A stretch of DNA of 20,000 nucleotides. Source: Catajapyx aquilonaris (Eukaryota). The position numbers and the translations under genes were made by a program. Within the stretch, counting starts at the first letter, position 1. Every line of letters begins with the position of its first letter. The notes under the pieces were generated by a model. It searched no databases, was not told the origin of the DNA, and worked only from the letters and a program-made list of their open reading frames with translations. Shown piece by piece: positions 1 to 7,643 of the stretch. The stretch is from NCBI GenBank assembly GCA_000934665.2, contig KZ538489.1, positions 46,776 through 66,775 on the forward strand, in the 5' to 3' direction.

Positions 1-201
1 ATGCACTAGTCTACACTCTATACTGTATAGTACAAGTTATCAAATAAATTAGTTCTGAATTCATAGTGACATTTCCAATTATTAAAAATGAAAGTCAATG
101 AGAACTGTAAATCTCCAGACCATTTTTTTCCAGCTTGAACATTGTGGCGATGTGAGTAGCACTCAAAATGTAGGGCTACACCAGGCTACACATTCCATAT
201 A

Positions 202-616
202 CAGGGTGGATCCACTAACTTTGGCAAAAATCACAGGGTCGGTAGAGGCCCCATAGGCAAGTATTTTGAGCTTCAGTACCCATGTCCGGAAATGCCCCCG
301 TACAGGGGTACGGCCGTTTCCACCTTTGGTCTGTTGCGCCTGGTGGGTAGGCAACCCACCGTACTCGAAACTTGCATTCATCAGGTGTGTCGCGTGTGGA
401 GGAGACGAAGGTGAAAACAATTGCGAATGTCGAGTGCAAAACCTGATGCACACCCCCGCGAGTACGATGGGTTGCCTACCCACCAGGCGCAACATACTAA
501 AGGTGGAAAGGGCCATACCCACATATGGGGGCATTTCTGGACATGGGTACAGAAGCTCAAAATACTTGCCTATGGGGCATCCTGTGATTTTTGCCAAAAT
601 TACCGGAATCACCCTG
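202..616. mobile_element. Tc1/mariner-type MITE with ~170-bp terminal inverted repeats
   Basis: TA|CAGGGTG...CACCCTG|TA; arms ~202-368 and ~459-616 are near reverse complements (e.g. ccccataggcaagtattttgagcttc / gaagctcaaaatacttgcctatgggg). Confidence 0.88.
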
Positions 617-916
617 TATAAATTAATTTAATGGGATATATGCCTTCATAGCACTTCAAGAAATTCATGAACTCAAAGCTCAAATATAACACAAGCTTCT
701 CAAATATACAGTACATGTCACAGAGATGGACATGTTGCACCATGGCCATCACAATATACATTTATCTACCACAATCCCTCATAAAATACTTTGCTTAATT
801 GTATTAGTAAAATAAATATTTTCTGCCCTGTAATAAATTGTGCTTCAGAAGTTGGAAGTACATTTTTATGGTCCATCATCAGGCAATAATAAGTTGTAAT
901 AAAAACAATACAAGTG

Positions 917-1814
917 CGAGGGCGGTACCAAAATGATTTACAATTTGTTATTTTGCCACAAGCAGGTAGGAAAATATGCACACATTATAGAATCCTCCTG
1001 GAGCCGAATGCACTGGCACTGGCCCTGGTCAACCTCTCCAGGCTCTCCAGGAACCACGTTTTGGTGATGCGGTGCACCGACTCCCGGCCAACTCTTCACA
1101 GTCAACAATGTCCTCGAAATGGCATCGGTAACGGGACTTTTTAAATATATTCGAACAGATGAAAGTCACTGGAGGCAGGGGGCATGGTGGTCTAGTGGTT
1201 ATTCTACTGGCCAGCCAAGCGGGACGTCTGGGGTTCAAATCCAGTTCGCGTCTGGCAGACCTTCGCATGGTCAGGTCTTTTTCCGCTTTTTACCCGACAT
1301 ATCTGGGCAGAATATTGCACTCCCTTCTCTGCCCAGGGCCAAGAGAAAAGGTCTGGTATATTTAAGAGGGTCAGAAATGACTACTTAAGTGCGCCCTCCC
1401 TTGGGAACCCCCCCCCCCCCCAAGAGGGCCCCTGGCCCTATGACGGGGTATTACAAACCAACAAACAAACCAACAAAGTCACTGGAGGCCAGGCCAGGGG
1501 AGTATGGTGAGTGTGGAAGCACTCAAAGCAAGATCCATGAAAAAATCCCTTCGCCGATGCCATTAAGGACTTTATTGATTGTGGTTGATAGTTGCTGACT
1601 GTGAGCAGTTGTCTGGTAGTAGGTGCGTTGCACCTCCAAAAAGTGGTTCCTGAGGGGCCTGGAGATGTTGCCACACCCATTACTCCTGTGCATTCGGCTC
1701 CAGGAGGGTTCTGTCGATAGTGTGTGACTATTTGCTGACCTGCATGGGCCCTGTATTTTCGGCAAAAATAAAAATAAAAAAAAATAATTGAAAATCATTT
1801 TGGTATGGCCCTCA
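917..1814. mobile_element. Mariner-derived foldback element built from two inverted transposase 3' ends, interrupted by a SINE
   Basis: Ends cgagggcggtaccaaaatgattt (917) and aaatcattttggtatggccctca|ta (1814). Arms ~975-1130 and ~1553-1730 are inverted copies. Right arm reads KKWFLRGLEMLP..LCIRLQEGSVD*, resembling a mariner C-terminus. Confidence 0.75.
1177..1474 (+). mobile_element. tRNA-derived SINE, family A (tRNA-Gly-like head), copy A1
   Basis: A box tggtctagtgg, B box ggttcaaatcc; (CAAA/CCAA)n tail; 15-bp TSD aaagtcactggaggc at 1162-1176 and 1475-1489; homologous to 2132-2449 and 7101-7285. Confidence 0.92.
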
Positions 1815-1899
1815 TATAATAATATACACTCTGTGATAGGCCTACTTGGGCCTTTTAGGGGATCATCTTTTCTATAACTGTCTTTAATCATTGCCTGTG

Positions 1900-2077
1900 C
1901 TGTGATGGACTTTGATTGTGGGAGGAAACAGGATAGCCCCGAGAAAACCCACGCGAGCATGGAGAGAACCTATCCAAACTCTATTCACATAAGTATCCTC
2001 TGTCCGATCCAAGGATCAAACTTGGAAGTTTTGAGGTGGAAGGCTGTGGCGCTAACCACTACACCACCATGCTGCCC
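1900..2077 (-). mobile_element. Old tRNA-derived SINE with V-domain-like central region
   Basis: Minus-strand head gggcagcatggtggtgtagtggttagcgcc. Plus strand shows tgtgggaggaaac..cccgagaaaacccacgcgagcatggagagaac..caaactc, matching from memory the V-SINE core. 3' end not defined. Confidence 0.65.
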
Positions 2078-2131
2078 AGGCAATAATGAGTTACTCTGCT
2101 AAGATATGATAAATAAGATAAGAATAAATAA

Positions 2132-2397
2132 GGGCGGCATGGTGGTCTAGCGGTTACGCCGCTGGCCAGCCAAGCGGGAGGCCGGGGTTCAAATCCCGTC
2201 CCCGTCACCTCTGCTTGGCCGGGTCTTTTTCCGCTTTTCACCCGACATGCCGGAGCAGAATTGCACTCCCTTCTCTGCTCGGGGCCAGGAGAAAAGGCCT
2301 GGTGTTAAAGAATGTCAGAAATGGCTATCGCACGGCGCCCTCCCTTGGGAACTTCCCCTTCCCCCCTAAGAGGGCCACGAGCTCTATCACGGGGTAA

Positions 2398-2449
<52 letters not shown>
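2132..2449 (+). mobile_element. tRNA-derived SINE, family A, copy A2 (young; ~50-nt pure poly-A)
   Basis: A box tggtctagcgg, gccagccaagcgggaggccggggttcaaatccc (tRNA-Gly GCC-like), poly-A 2399-2451, TSD aagaataaataa 2120-2131 / 2450-2461. Confidence 0.92.
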
Positions 2450-2453
<4 letters not shown>

Positions 2454-2778
2454 ATAAATAAAATAAAAAAGATATGCTCCTCTGCCCGAGTTGATGTTCT
2501 GCAAAGGAGAGATGGGCAGAGCTGATGGATCAGTCACTCTTGGTCTAGATTTGAAATCTAATACAGACTTGGTATCATACAAGGGTTGGGCCTCCTACTT
2601 TGTTTAAATTGCCAGAGGTTACAAATCCATCAACTCTCCCCCACATATCCTCTGTGGATAATCAACTTGGACTGAAAAACACTACATGATTCGGCTGGGC
2701 AGTAACAGTGCACACGACAATGCGGCCGAGTGAAAACCTTCCAGGGCCAATATACTGAATAATAAATACAGTGGAGGA

Positions 2779-3113
2779 GGGGAGGCGGAGTGGTGCTGCG
2801 GTAACGCACGCGCCCACGGATGTTAAGGTCCCGGGTTCGATCCCAGCCCGGGGACACCCCCTTCATCTCGTGCAGAGTTCATTGGGTCACCTCTGGCTTC
2901 GTCTCGGGTGGTATTTCCTACAGACTAAACCACCCGGGGGAGTTCACTAAAAATGGCCACATAAAGACATTGCACTGCACCTTGCACATCCCCTCCTGTC
3001 ATCCTGCCCGTGGGCCCGGGCGTTACGTATAAAGGTTCCAATATATGTACGAGACATAAATAAAGGTCCGTGCTATATACCTCAGATGAGGTCAAGCACT
3101 ACCCGGATTATTT

Positions 3114-3177
<64 letters not shown>
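2779..3177 (+). mobile_element. tRNA-derived SINE, family B (possibly tRNA-Arg-like head), copy B1, with A/(TA)n tail
   Basis: Head ggaggcggagtggtgctgcggtaacg..ggttcgatccc; TSD acagtggagga 2768-2778 / 3178-3188; body homologous to 6071-6393 and 12785-13092; (TA)n ~3129-3174. Confidence 0.9.
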
Positions 3178-3178
<1 letters not shown>

Positions 3179-3180
<2 letters not shown>

Positions 3181-3220
3181 GTGGAGGATCAATTATCCGA
3201 ATACCGATCAACCGAAGCAC
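3179..3220. mobile_element. Orphan terminal repeat of the Tigger/pogo-like MITE family (split by SINE B1)
   Basis: cagtggaggatcaattatccgaataccgatcaaccgaa matches the reverse complement of the right end (~4957-4994) of the MITE at 4562-4994. Confidence 0.7.
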
Positions 3221-3270
3221 ATTATTCTCCAACAAGTCTGAATCAAGTGCAACCAGGGTATAGCAGGGAC

Positions 3271-3547
3271 CATGGCCTCAGAATACTAAGGTCTGGTCAC
3301 TCCCTCTTATCACCTGACGGGGCGTTTTGCGGGAGGTGCTCACTTGAGAGCGCCTGTCATTGATGTGAATACATGTGGTGACCCTACCGGACAGCGCTGA
3401 ACTCACATAGAAGACCTAAGTTCAGCTCTGTCTGGTAGGGTCGCCAAATGTATTCACATCAATGACAGGCACTCTCAAGTGAGCACCTCCCGCAAAACGC
3501 CCCATCAGACGATAAGAACTGATTATAAGGGGAGTGTCTGGGGGCTG
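3271..3547. mobile_element. hAT-type palindromic MITE
   Basis: 8-bp TSD gcagggac 3263-3270 / 3548-3555. Right end tctgggggctg resembles the CAGCCCCC family; left end is degenerate. ~100-bp arms (3307-3403 vs 3419-3517) surround a ~15-nt loop. Confidence 0.8.
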
Positions 3548-3629
3548 GCAGGGACTATAGGGTATAGCACCTGCTTATAGAATGGGGCACATGGTTAAGG
3601 GCACAACAAGCTACAGAAAAATAACTGCT

Positions 3630-3680
3630 ATCAGGCGATATCAGTTATCAAAAAGTGACCCACGAATTTGGAACACCCTG
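3630..3680. mobile_element. Orphan end of a CAGGGTG-type Tc1/mariner MITE
   Basis: ..gaatttggaacaccctg|ta terminus; no partner end found. Confidence 0.4.
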
Positions 3681-3760
3681 TACATGCCCAAAAATGATGT
3701 TAATCAAATCACTCATAACTCCAATGTGATGGTTCTGTGGCATAAGTATCCCCCCATTAT

Positions 3761-4101
3761 GGGGAGGCATGGTGGGCGAGTTGGTAAAGACTCGGCTTGC
3801 TGAGTGAAAGGTCTCGGGTTCGATCCCCACCCAGGAGTTCCCTTTTGCATGCACCAAGAGGGTCTCTGATTGGAGGCGTCTGGCAACATAACCTCCAGGG
3901 AGACTGCACATGACCCATTTTCCGACATTGCACTTGCACCTGTGTCTCTCCTCCTCGAAAAATCCCCATCCCTACCTCATGTCCTTTCTTCCCTGCATGG
4001 AGTTTGAAGAAAATATAAAAAACTGAATGGAAAACATGGTGGTGTTCCACCCCCTTAAGAGGGCCCCTGCTCCTAGCATGGGGTAATACAAAAAACGAAA
4101 A
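3761..4101 (+). mobile_element. tRNA-derived SINE, family C
   Basis: A box tgggcgagttgg, B box ggttcgatccc; perfect 17-bp TSD aagtatccccccattat 3744-3760 / 4102-4118; shares the cattgcacttgcac module and 3' tail with other families. Confidence 0.92.
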
Positions 4102-4561
4102 AAGTATCCCCCCATTATATTCAAGTTTGGTTCAAAGATTTTCCATGTGTAGCCTACTGAAGTGTAATTTTTAACAGGGGCAATTTTTATCCACTTAAAT
4201 TACTAATATATTAGTGATGTATTACTGCTTATTACTTCCTTGTAGATGATCACTGACTGGACTTAAAAGTTTGCAAAAGGTTTTTATCTCTCTCTTGTGA
4301 AAATACAAGAATTAAGTAAGAGCAACAAGTAATGTTGAAGTCTTCACATTAACTATTTATAGTAACGGCTAATAATAATCCCATGATAGGACGTGAGGTT
4401 CTTATTTACCTGATTTTGTTACAATCACCACCATATTGCAGGTGATTTTGAAAGTGGGAGAACACAGAGCTGACGCCCCAAGCAGAAACCCAGTATGTGT
4501 GGTTTTTATCATTTCGAGATAAGCGCATTTGAAGTTTTCACTTTCCATTGAAAAGGATATA

Positions 4562-4994
4562 CAGTGGAGCATCGATTATCCGAACAGAGTCTGACCAGGG
4601 GGTGTTCGGATAACTGATTGTTCGGATAACCTATCATTTACGGGGGGAAATTGTACCGGTGTCATAGGAGCAATATAAAACTAAGAAACAGTGATATTAA
4701 CCACAACACTGTATATTTTCTGTCACAGGCACATCTTAAAAATACTGTACATATACCTTACTGTCCTTACATGAAGTAGTCCTACAGTTTAGGGGGAAAA
4801 AAGGCCAATTTCTTTTTCTTGAGAGCCGAGGCTGTTGCCAGGGAGGGGGAAATAGCTGCAGCGCCACAGCACTAGCGGCCACTAGTGGAACCACATAGTG
4901 TTTTTTTTGTTTTGTTTTGTTTTTTGCCGACCCGAAAACGTTCGGCTAACTGATGGTTCGGTTGATCGGTGTTCGGATATTCAATGCTCCATTG
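4562..4994. mobile_element. Tigger/pogo-like MITE
   Basis: TA|cagtggagcatcgattatccgaac ... gttcggatattcaatgctccattg|TA, with subterminal gttcggataac repeats. Confidence 0.85.
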
Positions 4995-5009
4995 TACATA
5001 CATGGTTTT

Positions 5010-5190
5010 TGCACATACATGGTTTTTTCTTGGGGCGTCAGAGGGGAACCCTGAGAAAATCCACAAGGAAAATAGACAGAACCTAGTCAAAATCTTGCTC
5101 ACATGAGAAAGTCCTTTCATGAGCTGAGAATGATCTTAGGACCTCTCAGTTGGTATGGCAACATCCTAAACCCCTACATTATTGTACCAC
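5010..5190 (-). mobile_element. Highly decayed SINE, probably related to 1900-2077
   Basis: ccctgagaaaatccacaagg..agaaccta..caaa resembles ccccgagaaaacccacgcga..agaacctatccaaa; boxes degraded. Confidence 0.35.
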
Positions 5191-5559
5191 TCTTAAAGTA
5201 TATGATATGCATCAATAATCAAAATCCTCTCCATTACATTCAGTGTGCGTATGTTTAACTTTCAAGGGTTTGGCGAGACAGTAAAATCAAGTACCAGTAG
5301 TGTTTGGCATATCTACTCGTACTTGAGGGAAGCAAGCAGGGCACACACTTCAGTTTTGGAACTGTCATCATGTTTGACATACTTCCCATGTAGAGCAGCC
5401 TTTAATAGTGCATATTCATGTCAGTCTAATGGAGCAAAATTGGAAGTGTATTTAGAAAGAGACTTTAATGTTGTCTGTCAATTCTTGTAAGACCTCATAC
5501 AGCCTTACTGCATGCAAGTTTGAGAATGGCAAACACCAATATGTTCATGAGAGATTCCA

Positions 5560-5790
5560 AGTCAGCCAGCAGTGTAAGAGTGATGCATTTATCATCACAA
5601 ATCAAATCCACCAATCCGCCTGTTTGGACACTAGTGTTGTTGATGGGTGTACCAGGACCACCAGTCTTATGATGACTGATTGAGTCATTTGCATGTGTAC
5701 ACCCGTGTACACCTCACTCATCAACAACACTTTTCACCCTGCACTATCATCAGTCAGCTGTGAATTTCACAAACTGACAGGGCTCCCTTA
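5560..5790 (-). pseudogene. Decayed mariner transposase N-terminal (HTH) fragment
   Basis: Minus strand reads CEIHS*LMIVQGEKC.. and later VDLICDDKCITLTLLA, resembling the mariner EIHRRL..VYGE / V..LI..DRRIT...LA motifs; stops and frameshifts present. Confidence 0.55.
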
Positions 5791-5822
5791 ATCGTAAGAA
5801 ATTTAATGATTATGTGCTGCTC

Positions 5823-6454
5823 CAGCCCCCTGACACATCCATCCTATCCCTGTGTTGACGGTAGTGTAATATAAAAGTCTCCACCATGTGGGGAATTTGG
5901 CGCTGGTGGGCCTCCGCAGCCGGCTACTGGGGGGTCGGTTCGGGTTGGCCGCTTTCAGAACCAACCCAAACCATCCTTTCCTCGGAGGGTGTTTGCAGAT
6001 TAGGATTCGGGTGGCTGGCAGCGGCAGCCAGCTGTGAGGGCGCGCCGGCGCCAAATTCCCCACATGGAGGGAGGCGGAGTGGTGCTGCGGTAACGTATGC
6101 GCCCACGGATGTTAAAGTCCCGGGTTCGAATCCAACTCGGAGTTCCCCCCTTCATCTCGTGCAGAGTTGGGGCATCTCTGGCTTCATCTCGGGTGGAAAT
6201 TTCCACAAGACTAATCCACCTGGGGGAGTTCACAAAATGACCAATAAACCACATTGTACTTGCACTTTGCACATCCCCTTCACCTTACTCTTGGAACAAT
6301 TAAATATAAATATTATATATGGTTCCAATAAATGGTGGTATTCCACCCCCCCTATGAGGGCCTACAGCCCTAGCACAGGGTACAAAAATAAATAAATCCC
6401 CGCATGGAGGAGACTTTTATATTAAACTACCGTATCGTATTTGTCAGGGGGCAG
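5823..6454. mobile_element. hAT-type MITE (CAGCCCCC family) carrying nested SINE B2
   Basis: 8-bp TSD tgctgctc 5815-5822 / 6455-6462; ends cagccccctgaca / tgtcagggggcag; homologous (inverted) to 17427-17719. Confidence 0.88.
6071..6393 (+). mobile_element. tRNA-derived SINE, family B, copy B2
   Basis: Same head and body as B1; TSD ~aattccccacatggagg 6054-6070 / aaatccccgcatggagg 6394-6410; (AAAT)n tail. Confidence 0.9.
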
Positions 6455-7100
6455 TGCTGCTCTAACTGGCAACCAAGCTCATAATTACCATCCTGCTTCA
6501 TGGCATTTACTCATTCATAAACAGCAATCAAACATAGGGCAGCTTGTCTCCAGGAGTCCCATGACCAACATGGTGTATTATCACCTCGAGAACAAGATAA
6601 GTCAGTGGGGAAAAAAATTATGTTGTGAAACTTTTCAGTCTATTCCAGCAACTGACACAAGCTATGTTGGTTAAAATAGTCACCTACTACTTGGCATAAT
6701 CCTGATATGCATCTGTAGATGATGTAGTGCAGTAACAGCATTCTTCAATGGGAGAGCAGATAATGCCACAATATTAATTTTTGACAGTCAAAAAACACTG
6801 CCATGGAATCACTATTAATTTCATTTTATAAATTAATATTTCCATTTCCCTTCTCTAAGTTTTGCCATAAAAAAACAACCCATTAAAATCTTGCAATGAA
6901 CAAGTATACATTTTCAACTACTCAAAAGGGAAGTATATTTGGTAATCCCACAAATTTTGAGATATGCAAAAATTCTTTGTCCATTGATATATTAGATCAT
7001 CCATTCCTGCAATGCCCCTGGGCCCCCATAGGAGCTGTCACTTTAACATAAATCCCCTAAAAATGGGCTCAATCACAACTTGTGGCATCGAGCAATGGAG

Positions 7101-7285
7101 TGGGGACACAAGTCTAGTGTTTATGCCATTGGCCAACCAAGAGAGAAGTCTTGGATTCAAATCCCATCCCTGTCATCTTTGCTTGGTTGGGTCTTTTATT
7201 CACTTTTCTACTCACCTATCAGGGCAGAGTTTCACTCCCTTCTCAGCCTGGGGCCAAAAGAAAAGGTGTGGATTTTGAAATGACT
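7101..7285 (+). mobile_element. Older 3'-truncated SINE, family A, copy A3
   Basis: gtctagtgtt..ggccaaccaag..ggattcaaatccc..gggtctttt..cactcccttctc..ggggccaaaagaaaagg..gaaatgact aligns with A1 and A2. Confidence 0.8.
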
Positions 7286-7295
7286 CGATAACTAT

Positions 7296-7395
7296 TGTCG
7301 GGACTACGAGGTTGTGATCGACATTTGTCCCTCTTGCCTTTGACTTGATTGCCGCCTAGTGGTGAGAACTTTGTATAAAAGGAAGGGGAGTTGAG

Positions 7396-7450
<55 letters not shown>

Positions 7451-7636
7451 TCTCTCTATCTCTCTCTCTCTATCTCTCTATCTCTCTCTCTCTATCTCTC
7501 TATATCTCTCTCTCTATTTCTGCTCTCCTCTCTCTGTTCACTCCTGAAGCAATACACTAATTTCACCTCCTATTGGACTCTTATTCCCACACCCTGTGAG
7601 CTAGGCTGGTCAGGGGTTAGGTCACAGGTCCTGACA
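7296..7636 (+). mobile_element. Solo LTR (4-bp TSD, Gypsy-like)
   Basis: ctat|TGTCGGGAC ... GTCCTGACA|ctat: TG..CA ends, 8/9-bp terminal inverted repeat, TSD ctat 7292-7295 / 7637-7640, TATAAAA at 7374-7380. Confidence 0.78.
7395..7535. repeat. (CT)n/(CTAT) microsatellite inside the solo LTR
   Basis: Directly visible dinucleotide run. Confidence 0.95.
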
Positions 7637-7643
7637 CTATGAA

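Noticed and set aside
163..631. Overlapping ORFs on both strands with similar peptides
   Set aside because: Artefact of the palindromic MITE; no recognisable protein.
2132..2205. tRNA-Gly-like sequence (and the other tRNA-like heads)
   Set aside because: No proper acceptor stem; each continues into a SINE body with A-tail and TSD, so these are not tRNA genes.
4235..4275. Penelope-type hammerhead-like text (tgtagatgatcactgactggacttaaa)
   Set aside because: Catalytic core CTGANGA/GAAA is not intact and stems are not evident; at most a decayed relic.
5886..6395. 169-aa ORF
   Set aside because: Spans a hAT MITE/SINE junction; chance open frame in GC-rich repeats.
2325..7642. ORFs with poly-F, (IY)n or (SL)n runs
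   Set aside because: Translations of poly-A, (TA)n and (CT)n tracts.
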